DNA of 64,000 nucleotides from Nemertoderma westbladi (GCA_032718475.1 JAUCBJ010008178.1:103386-167385); one strand, 5' to 3'. Shown: positions 49,491 to 63,900, counted from the stretch's first letter. The notes: generated from the letters alone by a model not told the origin. A program made the numbers and translations.

Positions 49491-50739
49491 AGCCGAAACC
49501 AATCGAAACTGTCGAAATGGTTGCCAATGCAGTCACCAACGGGATGACGGCCGAAGATATTCAATATTCAATACTCTATCTTATGCAATCTCAAATATTC
49601 AATGTTCGATCCCTAGATGGGGCAGTACTGTTTGGGCACAGTGCTTTAAATGCTGCAGCCTAGCCCAACCCGGCTTACATCCTTCAGTGGTCGATCGATT
49701 GGGAACCAAGGTAACTTGGGAAACAGAGTGGAAGGGTTTACTGTGGAAGATCACCCATGGTCGCATTCCTTGGCTTAACGAGCCTAAAAGATTCTCCCAT
49801 TCAAATATTCAATTCGGTACTGTACCCTTCAATTAAATATTCAATCTTAGTATTATTTCTGTGCTTCGTTATTTAATAATGTGATTAGATAAAAAAAATA
49901 AATTAATGAAATATAATTCATCTGTTAATTATTACAAAAAAAAATCCAACATTATATTAACATTTATATAGTTTTGAATTAAATGTTTCGAAATCAACAG
50001 TCATTCAATGAACTTATACAGCAGTGTCATATATCGCGTATCCCTTGGCTGCTTGGTTTAATCACTATTCTTTATTCAAGTATAACTGAATCCTGGCCCG
50101 GCGCCTTCACCCTCCACTGATAATTTAAAATCGTAACTTATTCACTCTTTGACTAAATTATACCAAACTTGGTAAACATGTAATCTTGTCTATCGGCTAA
50201 AATAAACACAACTTGCTAAAGTTTCCCCTATAATGTTTTTTCCTATAGAACAGGATGCAGTTTTATTTTAGTAGTAAACAAGCTGTTATTTGCGTCGATT
50301 TTCACCTGGAGAGGGAAGAATATTGATTGCCCCATGCCCCCCCCCCCCCCCCCCCCCCTGCAGTTAAGTAAGTGAAAATATTTCGGCACCATTTAATTTT
50401 ATTATCACGGTCGCACATCACTGTCAAAAGATACAATTCATTATAAACATAACAAAATTAATTATAATAATTCTAAAAATATAAGGCAGATCTTCCTAAA
50501 GTTAGCTCTTTAGTCTTTAGCAATCTTATACATTGACAAGACTTATAAAATAATTGATGTTGAATAATTTATTATTAAGATTAAAATATATTATTAGGAA
50601 TTCGAAGAAAGCAAATTGTATTGAGTTAGTATTGGCAAGTTAATCTCACAAACCAGTCTACGTCTAACTTTAGAGTAGCCTTGTTCGCATTGTTCCAGGT
50701 TTAGGCCTATAGATTCCACCGTCTTCGTTCCAGGTTTAT

Positions 50740-51060
50740 TTCTGTAATAGACTCCGTTATCCGTCTCGATCGCTTCGCTATGCACCATCTTACTGGGTTT
50801 AATAAACTCCATCGCCTTCCTGTCGTTCTCTGTTTTGTAGATCCTACTTCGCCATCGTCTGATCGCTTTGGTTGCGTGTTTAATACTGTCAGACTGTAAT
50901 AGACTCCGTTATCCGTCTCGATCGCTTCGCTATGCACATCTTACTGGGTTTAATAAACTCAGAAACTCCATCGCCTTCCTGTCGTTCTCTGTTTTGTAGA
51001 TTACTTCGCCATCATCTGATCGCTTTGGTTGCGTGTTTAATACTGTAATAGACTCCGCCG
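50740..51060. repeat. Two-copy ~151-bp tandem duplication within a degenerate AGACTCC repeat tract
   Basis: TAGACTCCGTTATCCGTCTCGATCGCTTCGCTATGCAC at ~50748 and ~50900. Confidence 0.8.
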
Positions 51061-51669
51061 CCATCGTATCGTTCTGGATACGTTGAATAGACTCCATCAG
51101 TTCATTGTCCATCGCGATCGTTTCATTGTTACGTTTAATTGACTCCGTCGCCTCCTCGTATTAGGAATCCGGCCGGGTTTCGTAGATTCCGCCATCGTTC
51201 AGCAGTTCAGTGTTTTTAATCAAAGCCGGAATTCCGGCACCGGCACCACGATCAACAATTTCGGAAGTAACAGACTCCGTCAACAACACTCGGGGTTTAA
51301 AAAATACAACTATCGGCTGATCGGGCAACTTGTAACTGGGCGATCATCTATCTGATAGTTGAAAAAGGTATCAGACTATCTGATAGTTAGCGCCCCATGG
51401 GTAAATCCTTACCCCATGGGCTGTTACCTCTCTGACTGACAGCGCAACAGCCCCTATAGGTCCATTAAGGGAGTGAGTGCCCTATACAAACACTCCCTTC
51501 CTTTTCATTGGAGCCCCTACTATGCAAACATTCCCCGCTTTCTTATTGTATTAAACCCACCGAGTCATTATTAATTAACAAGGGAATATTTTGTACCTAA
51601 TCAATCTCTAGGGATTATCATTTGCAGTAACCAGTTATTGGTCAGTCCGGTCAGCCGACCACACCTACT

Positions 51670-52380
51670 TAGATTCTGACGCCTTCAGGGACAATCTTGC
51701 GCTGCGGTATGGCTTAACGCCGCCAGGCCTCCCGTCGAACTGCGAGGGATGTGGAGCTCCATTTACAACCACCCACGCCCTCAACTGTAAACACGGGGGC
51801 CTTATAATAAAGCGGCACGACGAATTGCGCGAGATGTATGGTGACCTTATCTCTTCTGTTTTCGGTGGATCTTGCGTCCAATGTGAAGTGACCCTCTCCA
51901 CATCTGGACGGATGTGGGCGGGAGGTCGGAGGAGTGAGGGCCGATCTTTTGGCGCGTGGAGTCTGGGCCAATCAGAGGGTGGCGTCTTTTGATATCGCGA
52001 TTGTAAATGCCGACGCCCCCTCTTATATACCAACAGGTCCATTGACTCCGTTCTAGAACAACGGGTATGAGCCAAGAAGACCCATTACAGTGCAGTCTGT
52101 GAGGAGAGGAGGATTTCTTTTACTCCCCTCGTTGGCACAACATCAAGGAGGAAGCTGAGATTTTTATTCGGCACCTAGCAGAGACGCTTGTGGCCAGACG
52201 GGATGGGATGCGTTCCCGTGGCTTTGCTTTGGTGATGGGTGGAGTTCGGAGACGACTCCAGTTCGGGCTGCTACGCTCCAACTCCATATGCCTGCGCGGT
52301 GGCCGAAGAGCCACTTGGAGAGCCTTAGGTTTCGGGGACGGCGCTGGCCTAAGGGGTACAGACCTCCCCAACTTCTATTA
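51670..52380 (+). pseudogene. CRE-clade non-LTR retrotransposon 3' fragment (Zn knuckle + restriction-like endonuclease), with frameshifts and a stop
   Basis: FRDNLALRYG...CEGCG...HALNCKHGG...RHDELR; DLLARGVW...FDIAIVNADA; VRRRLQFGLLRSNSICLRGGR read across frames. Confidence 0.8.
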
Positions 52381-52758
52381 AATCGGAAATCACCAAATAA
52401 CTACAGTACTAACTCAGTAACTCAATAACTATCAAACATATGACTTGACACCTACCACAAAAGCATACACTTTAGCATACACATTAACTTAGCATATATG
52501 TTTATCATCATTGTTCTTAGATGATTTCTGTAAAGATGATTCCCTCGATAATGACATTTTTGAACTCTAAATCCACTCTTTATTTTATCCATTATTTAGG
52601 TAAAAGGTGAACAAAGGACAGCTTCTGTCACCACCCCCTTGAATAACTCTCGTACATCTGAAGTGATTGTAGTGTCTCCAAGAAGAGCATAAGTTTCACT
52701 CAAACAATCAGCTGTCGCACGGAGACTAGTATCGGCATGCTGCATTGCAGCTGCATTT

Positions 52759-53005
52759 TTAAGAATGCTGTGCCGGCTTGTCGACAAAATTGCGCCGCCA
52801 CAACTCCCTATCACCCATGACATTTGCTAGATCATCCGCATCTTCAAGACCAGTGTCCTTTAAGATGCGTCTCAAGAAAGTCATGGGCTGTCCACCATGC
52901 TTATTCACTCCATGAGGCTGCCAAAGTACAATATTATGCACTGGCTGGTCCTCACGGCGAAAGCAATGTCCTGCAAAGCGGAGGCGATTTTGTCGCACGG
53001 AGAAA
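52759..53005 (-). pseudogene. RTE-like LINE ORF2 3' fragment
   Basis: RQNRLRFAGHCFRREDQPVHNIVLWQP...DTGL...MGDRELWR, a typical RTE-group C-terminus. Confidence 0.75.
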
Positions 53006-55599
53006 ACGCCCACCATATCCGTGCTGTTTCAATTTTTGAAGCAAAATTAACCGATAAAATAAATAAATTAAATTAATTAACAAATAAATTATTTAGCTAA
53101 TTATTCTAAAGAATCACGATTAAATACTCAGGCAATCATTTTGCGAGTTAAATAATAAGCAAGTTGGCTTATTAGTCTGGCACCTTACTGTACACTAGTA
53201 GTGCCTATTGTCCTATAGATATAACATCCCGTTGCCTAGTAGTGGTGAGATATACATAAGTACACGAGGCAAACCAACTGCGCGGTGAGAATAATCGGTA
53301 GATCTGTAGTAAATAAGCTGTAGGCCTATAAAAGAGGAGATAGTTCTCCCTGATGTCTCAGGGATCTATGACAGGTCTCCCTGAACAATGCCTACTGTTT
53401 GGGTGATAGGGTGACGGTTTACCAAGTTAATGCATTTTATTAATAATAATTTAATTAAATATTAAAAAATTAATAAGTTTTATTAATAATAAATATTAGT
53501 GCAATATATTTGTTAAATAAATAAATTTATTCCCAATACCCACCACCTTAAACTAAAATAACATATGAAAAGCACCGGAGAAATTGAACCTTGAAGAAAT
53601 GGAGGGTACCACCAGGAGGGGGGGTTACTTTATATGCACACAATGTATTTGTACCGTATAGTTTATACATGTATAATGGGCTATACAGAATATACAACAA
53701 CCACCATTGATAGATAACGATTAAAAAATATAACGATATAGTTTCAGAGATCTCTGTAACTATGGTGATGTCCATACAGTAGAGTAGAGTAGTAGGTCTT
53801 CTAACATATCAACAGCCTCGGTTCCTTTTTAAAACGGAATCTTTTTTGAAAAATTGTTCATCGCCACCTAATATCATCCTCCTTTATGTTCTCTTTGTCT
53901 AATGTTCTAGAAACATAATAAACCCGTTTGATATCCCAATCCTATCATATATAGTTACTGTAATTTCTAATAATTCATATAATCTAATAGGGCCTAATAT
54001 ATTAATAATACTTATATAAATACTGCTGCCGTTCTATTTACTGTAGTTCGAAAAATAATTCTATAAAGCAGATTAATTCTAGGACGACATTAATTTCATC
54101 GTAATTAATTATGATGAATCTCTATTAAGTAGGCCTATATTCAGTTCATGGTAGTTTGTTATTACAAACTGTATCCGTTACGTACTGTAAACGGGTGTAC
54201 TATCGGGGCTTCTTTCCATACTAACCCCCAAGTCCGAGCAGCAGTTAACCTGGACCTTCTCAATTTCCATATTTCTGATATTGACTCCCGAATAGAAGCT
54301 CGCATCTTCAGGAATCCGTCAGACTCGGACTTCGCTACATCATGGTTAGGAAGTTTCGTGCCAAGGGTCAAACATATGTTTAACAGAACAATACATAATA
54401 TCAACTTAAAGTGCATCTTGTTAGATTAATAATTAATATTATACTTAATCCGTTTTTTAATACTATAATTTTTCCGTTTATACTGTAGGGCCTCTACTAT
54501 AATTGTAAACTACCAATTACATGATCGTGGGGTCTTCGCGCAGCACGAGACGCAATTTAGAGCAGATTCATAGAATCGGTAGTCCGAGGATGGCGAGCTT
54601 TAACGGATTATAAACAACGAATTGGGAGACACTTACGGCCATCTCGCCCTCTAGCGGCAGACTGGAAACTGACTTTATTTCCTATGGAAACGTTATTTTA
54701 AACTTATTGCAGACTAAATGTGTAACAATTAATTGTTAACATTTAAACTGTGTCCAGAAACCGTGTTTGCGGACAAAATTTCTTATTTCGAAAAATATTC
54801 ATAGTTTGGGCACTATTTTTCACCTATACGGGTTTTCGATAGCGGCGAATCTTCTGAGATGGGACTCAAATTCTCAAAGGGTGGCTTATTTGTGCCATTT
54901 CTGGCAAGTGCCAAAATTGGTGTATTTGGCAAACACAATAGACACAGGCAGAATGGTGCAGATTTCGGTTTCACAAGGTTTAACAGGGTGCTGAAGCACT
55001 AACAAATGGTTTCAAATTCTCTAGTAGCGTAGAAGTGCCACTTTTTAGCTTGTGGCACATGGCACATGTGTTTAGCATGGCACAAAATATCAAAATCTCT
55101 GAAGCTTCATAGCGAAATGTTCCATTTTCGGTATTTATAGGTTTTCAAACGGTTTCAAATTATGTAGTGGCACCTGGCACATAGGTGTCACTTTTTAGCA
55201 TGTGGCACATGTGTTTTGCAATTGCTCCCAATGAATGATGAATCATACTGCAAGGGTGTTGATTTATACTAAGGGTTTTGCTGCTTTCATGATAATATCA
55301 GCCAATCATGGTATGCAACAGGGTTTTACATTGAGGCAACTAACCTGGTTTCTATGGACATATTGCTTTATAATATTCCAGATTTAGAGAGCTGTTGAAA
55401 TTTTCAGCCAATCACTGATCACAAATAGCAACCAAGCTGAAGTAGAATTCCATTAGTAAGTGAGTGATGAGTGGTTGCTTGTATCATTATAACCATCAGT
55501 GATCATGGTCAATAAAGTATTCAGAATAGTGATAGGAATTCGATGTGTTATTACATTAATAAGACTAAATGTATGCAATAATAATAGGAAAAATGTTGA

Positions 55600-56139
55600 A
55601 AACTGGAATTTTTGAATTGCTCCTTCTGCGAAAGGGAGCAAGTGGGAGCAATTTTTTTTTCAGATTTATGATGTACGCGAACGTTGTATTTGAATGTCTG
55701 ATAATGTTTTTCAGTGTGGTCGGATTAGTTCGAAAAGTCTGGCTTTCCTAATTACGAAAAGATGAAATATTTTTGGAATTAAAAGTTTTAAATGAAACTT
55801 GAAGCATGAAGACAACGCTGAGGACCTCTAAAAACCACATATTTGGAATCAGCTCGCCTTGGAGAACCACTTTAAAAAAAATTCCAATGTAGTCAAATTT
55901 TTAAAAAATTACGTTTTTTTTGGAAATATTTTCATAAAAACTGAAATTTTGAGTGAAAAATAGAAAAATTCTAAATTTTCACCTCAGAAAAAAATATTGG
56001 CAAATATTTTCGGAAAAAAAATATTTTTTCTTAGGTTTGGACATATAGCCCATAGCCCATACATACAAGATAGGATATGTTTCAAACCAGTAAAACAAAC
56101 TTCATTTTAGGGTATTTTGGCCACCCCTGGCCCACTGTG
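55600..56139 (-). mobile_element. Possible Transib-like DNA transposon terminus
   Basis: Minus strand begins CACAGTGGGCCAGGGGTGGCCAAAATA, followed by AT-rich subterminal sequence with GCTGATTCCAAAT. Partner end not found; left boundary approximate. Confidence 0.4.
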
Positions 56140-57493
56140 CCCCCCCTCCCCCCCTATAAAATTAAAAATAAAAAACTCGAGGCTAAACGAGTATGTTGAA
56201 ATTTCGTGGATGGTTGGTGCCTGTCAATGTATACATAGAATAATTCATAATTCATATGTATTCACAAAAATTCACTGGAATATCGCCAAACCCTGCAAAA
56301 GAGTGTGAATTGATACTCACACCCTTTCAATACGAATGCATTTTAGTAAATTAGCCCGGGTGCAGCATATATCTGCCTTGCATCCATACATGATCCATAA
56401 ATGAGTAAAAGTTTTCTTTCGGGAGCAAAATTCTGAGGGGACCGCACGGGAAATAAAGTACTGAGTCTTCGTGCGTAATCCCTGAGAAAACAGCCTTACT
56501 TTACTTTTACTTGTGAGTGTGGTTGTGATGGGAATTCACAAACTCCATGTACAGTATATACTGTACACTACTCTACTGTATGTGCGAAAAAACTAAAGAC
56601 ACGTGGAGTGTGTTGAACGGACCAGCTGTATGCATGTACAGTACCGGTATATAGAATGCTGTCTGAAGGAAATGTTATCGTATCGCGTGACGGAGAGTCT
56701 GAGTTGTTTCTAATAATCGTAAATTATTAACAGAGGTTGCAATCTGTGTCCATGTATGCCAATAGTTTGGTTGCATGGATAAACGAAGCAAAAGTTGCTT
56801 TGTATGCAGTACCGGTGCGGCTACAGTACACCAACACCCCCCCCCCCCCCCCCCCCCCCCGGCTGGCTGTTGCAGAGTAGATCAATCATCTCAAAGTAAA
56901 GTAGATCAATGTTTAACCAGAGACCAATTGAATTTACCAGAAAATAATTGTAATACAGTACAACAATAATGTTAAATAAAGTTTTTTTCCTCGAATTTTC
57001 TCAGGAGTTCTTCAGTAGTCGCCACTACTGCCATACCGCCCTCTGCCGTTACGATCAACCATAAGTATCAATTCCTGCGTATTCTCGAAATAATACCCCC
57101 ATAATATTGTATAATTTTATATATTTTACTTACCACCAAAAATACTCTACACTTTAAAAATAAATTTCACATATTTTACAGTTTCAACTTTTAATTTTAC
57201 AGTTGGTATGTTTGACTTACCTTATTTCTTTACCGGCGTTGAACTTTTGCATATATTTTCTAATACAGGTTGCTTATAGTTTCTAACACAGTGTGTATTG
57301 TTGATAGTAACAATGTGTTGGCATCGGTATTTTTCGTGGTGTTTGTTATTATTATGTTTTATATTGGCGCAATTGTAGGACTAATCCCATCACATGCATA
57401 CTTTTTAACCGAGTAGTGTTCACATTTAGTAATCGCGTAATTTTCCTTGAAATTATCTCAAATCTCTCCAAACCACATACGCGTTTCGGCCTT

Positions 57494-57556
57494 ACGTCGG
57501 ATTCGAACCTGGAACCTCGAGATGGAAGCCGAGACTACAACCACTAGGCCACAGGT
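57494..57556 (-). pseudogene. tRNA-like SINE head (copy 1)
   Basis: Minus strand GTGGCCTAGTGGTT...CTTCCAT...GGTTCGAATCC; A and B boxes present, cloverleaf imperfect. Confidence 0.55.
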
Positions 57557-58613
57557 TCTTGAGATATGGATATTAATTTCAATGCCAGCTACCATTTTAT
57601 TAGCCTCTGAGTTTATTATTGATAGTAAAAATGTGTTGGAAAGCTGTATTTTTCGAGGTGTTTGTTATTATACATTTATTATAGGAAGGGATCTAGGGGT
57701 TGAATTATGTGGTATTGATGTGAAGCCAAAACCAATAATTCCCGGTTTATAGATACACTTCGCGGTGACCGCGCGGTGGTTTCGCCTTCGCAATTTGAAC
57801 GCACTTTGACAGCACCTCTAACACCGCGTTTACTATGAGGCATGTGGATTGAATAAGATCTACTGTAAGTAATACTGTAGTTAAATTAAGATGGTCGCAG
57901 ACTAAAAAATTTGAAATTGAGGAAATATTCATAAAACATCTCATATGAAGCAAAATTTGACGCAGATTCCAAAAATCAACACCAACACCCCCCCCCCCCC
58001 CCCCCCCCCGGCTGGCTGTTGCAGTGTTGCAGATTAGATCAATCATCTCAAAGTACAGTAGATCAATGTTTTACCAGAGACCAATTGAATTTACCAGAAA
58101 ATAATTGTAATACAACAATAATGTTAAATAAAGGTTTTTTCCTCTAATGATCTCAGGAGTTCTTCAGTAGTCGCCACTGCCATATACTGCCGTTACGATC
58201 TACCATATGTATCAATTCCTGCGTAATCTCGAAATATTACCTCCATAACATTGTATAATTATATATATTTTACTTAACACCAAAAATACTCTTTTTACAC
58301 TTTAAAACTAAATTTATTATATTTTACAGTTTCAACATTTAATTTTACAGTTGACCGGCGTTGAACTTTCGCATATATTTTCTAATACAGGTTGCTTATA
58401 GTTTCTAACACAGTGTGTATTGTTGATAGTAACAATGTGTTGCAAGCGGTAGTTTTCGTGGTGTTTGATATTATTATGTTTTATATTGGCGCAATTGTAG
58501 GACTAATCCCATCACATGTGTACTTTTTAAACGAGTAGTGTTCACATTTAGTAATCGCGTAATTTTCCTTGAAATTATCTCAAATCTCTCCAAACCACAT
58601 ACGCGTTTCGGCC

Positions 58614-58678
58614 TTATGTCGGATTCGAACCTGGAACCTCGAGATGGAAGCCGAGACTACAACCACTAGGCCACAGGT
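58614..58678 (-). pseudogene. tRNA-like SINE head (copy 2, from the duplication)
   Basis: Near-identical to 57494-57556. Confidence 0.55.
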
Positions 58679-60956
58679 TCTTGAGATATGGAGTATTAAT
58701 TTCAAAGCCAGCTGCCATTTTATTAGCCCCTGAGTTTTGATTATTGATAGTAACAATGTGTTGGCAAGCTGTATTTTTCGAGGTGTTTGTTATTATACAT
58801 TTATTATAGGAAGGGATCTAAGGGTCTTAACCTCGAATTATGTGGTATTGATGTGAAGCCAAAACCAATAATGCCCGGGTCATATGTTCACTAAGGCGGT
58901 GCGTTTTTTACTTTTTTTTCGATTTCATTGTTCTACCGGTGCACAAAAGTTGCCAAATGGTAAAAAAATAAGGCAAAAAAAATTTCTTTAAATTTCGTCT
59001 ATGTCTTCACGGATCCCAAGAGGGTTGAAATTTTGTCCCATCGCGATGCACCATAATGACATTTATAACAATATAACACATTGATGAAAGATAAATGACT
59101 CAAAAAAGAACTTCCTGCATGCATCAAATGTCATCAAATGGGTACAAACTTAGTTAGATACCAATATTTTAATTTTTGGATCAAGGGAACTAGTGCCACA
59201 GCAACTCTAACACCGCGTTTACTATGAGGCATGTGGATTGAATAAGATCTAAAGTAATAGTTAAATTAAGATGGTCGCACACTAAAAAATTTGAAATTGC
59301 GGAAATATTCATTAAACATCTCATATGAAGCAAAATTTGACGTACTGTAGATTCCAAAAATCAAGGTCCCATGAAATAAGCGATCAAAAGTTATGTTTTC
59401 TATGAAATTTTTCAAGGTGGCCTGCTATTTTTCAAATTTTGGCCCAAATTTTGAAATATTTTTTTCTTATTATTTTCCTGTTAGGGCAATAAACTGAGTT
59501 TTTAAAATGAAATGTCTATTACTCAACCAATTTTGCATATGTCATGAAACTTTCGGTTATGTTATTGGCCCAACATGTGCTACATAGTGTGTCGTCAAAA
59601 TTTCATGGTACGGGGGGGGGGAAGCTTTTACGTCCTAAAATGCACATTTCAGTAGCGATAAGCTATTCACTATGTAACCTATGTAAATATGTAATATTTG
59701 ATAAGATTGTTCGCGCTTTTAGACCTTTAACAGTTTAACCTGTTAATTTAAGTGTCTTATATTGTTTGCTAGTCCGTACAAAGTCAGACAACAGTAGAAG
59801 ACAGTCTTTGCGCCATACTTTGCAGTATGACCCACCGTGTGAGGGAAACTGAATTCTATCGGCGTGAGGGGGGTGGGTAATGACTGATCACAACGAGGGC
59901 GTACTGGTTGCAGACTAAGGTTGTCTGGTGGTCTGTATACTGCTGTACTGGTATAATGTAATCATCAAGGTCAGTAATCATGTATTTATACGATACTACA
60001 CAGGTAAGGTGACCAGATTCGCAGAGTGCCAAATCGGGACGTCTGGTCACCTTAGGGGTAGGTTACTTTGTATTATTCGATTGATCTCTACTATATAATC
60101 TCCAAAAACTATGTTTACTTTCAGGGTAATATTAACAGTTCCTTTCAGATACTGCGCATTAAATACGAGACAGAGTTATGACTTACAATAATTACAACGG
60201 TTGTTTTATAGAGCCACTGTGATTTACATTCTTTAGGAATGTAGTATACTCTGTTTCTAAATCCTGAAAATACGCCTAGAAAGTGATGGCGAAGGCAAAT
60301 TTAGGTAATGGCTGGCATCCAACGGTGTTAAACTAAATCGAGTGTGCTGGTTCCGAATCCGTCTGATGCCAAGCTCAATTGTGGATTTTTGGGTCCCGTT
60401 TCACCAAGGCAACAGGAGGTCATTTGCAAAACACCACTTTCTATTCACTCTACAGAATTCTAACCTTGACCTACCCCCCCTAAACCGACATCCGAGAATC
60501 CATTGAGGTACATTTCAAAAAGCAGTTACCAAAGCAACTGTTTGAAATACGTCTTCAAATGTCGTTTTTACTGGGAATTTAGGTGAATTTTTACAAATAT
60601 CATTAGTTTTCTAAACTATTGCCAAATACGTGTTCCCCTTGGGCTAAAATCATGAAACATTCCAAATATATTGTCAATATGACCCTATATATCTTATGGT
60701 GGCGCCATGAAAATGGATTAGCAGTTGCCATGTATCCATGGAAACTAGCAAAAAATTACCTTGTGCAATGTTTCATCACTTTACATATAGTTACTATCAG
60801 TTTAAAAAGAAATCCATTTGGTGCAATTTCACTTTGAGTGTTGGTGATTTATCACGCGGTGCTCAAAGAAAAAATATCTGCACCACTGTTCTAGAACGTT
60901 TGGACTGAACCTGTAAGTCGTTAAGTTGGGAATTGCTCAGGATTTAATCCTCTGCA

Positions 60957-63900
60957 GTAGTAGTAGTAGACGGTATGCGGCCCGTCCGGCCTATAATATC
61001 ATAATAATGGCGCACAATTCCAAATCAATTTCTGAATAATATGTATATATATATATAGCACAATAATTAATACGTGAAATAATATCAATAACTAGAGTAA
61101 TTAGCACTAGATTAATTCAATAATAAAGACATAGGACTTCAGAGACATAACTGCACAGATCAACTAGTAAATCGGTAGAAAATAATGAAGATAAATCGGT
61201 GAAATCTAACTGTACAAACTTAATTCTAATGTGTTCAGATATCGGGCATTTTAATAGTACGTGGTGTTCATTTTGTACAGAGGTATTATCACAATAGCAA
61301 ACACGTAACTCAGGAGCAACACGAGTCCATCGACCAGTTTCCACTCGGAGTCTATGTGACATGAGACGGAGTCTGGTGAAATGGACACGTTTAAAGTCCG
61401 GGATGACGGGTTTCAAGCAACTGTATAGTGGATGAGCAGTAAGGCCAGGGTTGATAGTGTCACTGTAAGTACGGAACTTGGTAGCTGAAAGTGGTTTATT
61501 TAATACACGTAAACGGACGGAAGTTAGGGGGTCATCGACCTTGTAGTCAAGTGCTGACATTAAACAACGATATCCGGGAGTGTTTGCAGCTTTACAAAGA
61601 TCATAAATATAATATAAAGGCACATCAGTATCGTGCACGGGTAACTTAAACATATTTTTCACATATTTAAGTCTAGCATTTACAATATAGTGACTAAGTG
61701 GTGGGATATTAAACTCAATTAAGCACAAATCAATTGGTGTTTGTTGACGTACTGAAAGTAAAATTTTAATTAACCTATTGAAGACCGGTTCAATTTGCTT
61801 AGTACATGCATTAACAGACAACCACGTTTCACAACCATATAAAATAGAAGATATTATACATGCATCAAAAACCTTTTTCTTTAAAGCGAATGGGAGTGAT
61901 GTATTCTTACTGCAAAATATTGCAAATTTATTAATTGTTCTCTCACATATGATAATATGGTGTTTTAGTGCAGTAGATATGCGGCCATCAGCGGCGAAAA
62001 CAGAACCTAAATAAACATAAAATTCACATGTAGAAATAACTGTAGTACCTAAAATAAATGGTTTACTGTCATCAACATTACCGTTTATTACAAAAAATTT
62101 ACTTTTCTTTTGATTAATTACCATACCAAAAACAGTACAATAATCGTATAGAGCACGTAATTTAATTTCACAATTTTTCCTAGAAGTTGATACTATTACT
62201 GTATCGTCCATAAACAAAAGGCAAACTAAAGCACCAAGGAAACCATCACATTTAACAGCTTCTTTTAACATGATAACAAGTTTATTAAGATACATACAAA
62301 ATAAAATCCCGCTTGAAGGCGCCCCCTGGCGGACCCCAATAGTAGTCAGAATTACAGCAGATCTTAAGATAGATTTTGTTGCAGAATACAGCGCTTTAAT
62401 AATAAATAACATCCGAAAACCACACCCTGAAGATTTAAGTAGTTCAAACATTTTATCACGTGGAACACGGTCATACGCCTTACTAAAATCAATGAAAACG
62501 ACGTATAATTTAGACTTCTTGAAAATTGCATAATCTATAATGAGTCGAAGTCCGAGGATGTGTTCAATGCACCCTCGGCCTTTTTGAGCTCCTGCCTGAC
62601 ATTTATCTAAATTAATCCAATATTTTAACCGATTGTAAATTAATATATCAAAAAACTTTAACAGTGTTGTCATTATACTAAGACCACGGTAATTGCCACA
62701 ATCTAATCTATTACCAGATTTGAAACACGTTATTAATTTACTAACAGCCCATTTTACAGGATATATTGCACCAATAAATATTAAATTAAAGATTGATAAG
62801 ATGAATATTAGCCATGCACCTGGAAGCCTAGTTAGCAAGCCGGGGCTTACCCCAATATAACCTTTGTTGGTTTTCATATCGGCCAAACCTTCGGCAAATT
62901 CGCGTTGAGTAAATGGATCATCCAGACATGGTACGTAAATAGTACTAGTGATGTCGGAGTCAATGTCTGCAGGTTCGCTAGGATTGAGAAGAGACTCAAA
63001 ATGAGTCCTAAACTCCTCATCTTCAGGTGCAGTATTTGCATTATTCTCATCTTCAAATGAAATGTTTCCATTCCAGTCAAGAGCTTTCCATAAACTTTTA
63101 GGATCATTTGAGTTGATGATATGATCCCATCGACATGCATCAGGATCCCTTGTGATCACTGGATCGTTACGAGATCTTCGACACGATCGGGCTGCTTCAT
63201 CGATTGTCCCAAAGAACGAGTCCAACAACGTATCGACATCGTTAGTATCCGAGATAACAGGAGGATCACATTGCGCAATCCTAGCCTCAAACTTGTCGCA
63301 TTCGACAAATTTATGGGAAAGTCCTTTGATATCCATGGCTACTCCAGTAAGCTTAACAGCGTCACCGTCTTCATAAATTGAATGACCCAAACTCATACTA
63401 CGAGTAAATAGACCCTTCTTATCAACACGAAAGTTTTCTCTATCAACCTTAACCAAAATAGATATTGGTGCGTGATCGGAACCTAGAATGTCTTGATGTA
63501 CGTCGAGCGTTGCAATTGTACCATAAATATTAGAGCTCGACACGCAAAGATCGATTTCTGACACCCATTTACCACCTTTCTTATAAGTTAGACCTCCTCC
63601 TAGGTTAGAGTACCCAGAACAAAGATTATTACAAACAATCGAATTTGTAGCTGTGCAAATGCACTGTAGAATTTGACCACTTTTGTTAACTGTTAGATCA
63701 GATACATTTCTATAGTGTAGATTACTTGTATTTATCTCATTGTCGATATCATAGATTTGTGGAATGCCGACACGAGCGTTAAAATCACCTAACGCAACGA
63801 AATCTTTTGACGAGTCAAATTTGTGGTGCAGTTCGGCGAATAATGAATCATCGTAGTACAGACTATCATTCGGCGGAATATAGACTCCACCAAACAATAT

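Larger units (their letters stand above)
48585..51459. mobile_element. Non-autonomous TIR element (~2.9 kb) with ~55-60-bp TIRs and a candidate 8-bp TSD (hAT/P-like)
   Basis: GGGCTGTTGCGCTGTCAGTCAGAGAGGTAACAGCCCATGGGGTAAGGATTTACC (48591-48644) is inverted at ~51400-51453. GTCCATTA at 48577-48584 and 51460-51467, each 6 bp from the matching TIR core. The terminal 6 bp do not match. Confidence 0.7.
56828..59364 (+). repeat. Diverged tandem duplication: 56828-57978 and 57979-59364
   Basis: Colinear at an offset of 1151 from the polyC start. The second copy has ~320 bp of different sequence at 58880-59198 before homology resumes (CTCTAACACCGCGTTTACTATGAGGC). Confidence 0.92.

Noticed and set aside
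38915-58678. Functional tRNA genes at 38915-38984, 57494-57556 and 58614-58678
   Set aside because: A and B boxes are present but acceptor and anticodon stems do not pair properly; treated as SINE heads or pseudo-tRNAs.
60300-60480. SINE-like segment with GGTTCCGAATCC
   Set aside because: B-box is imperfect; no A-box, tail or TSD identified.
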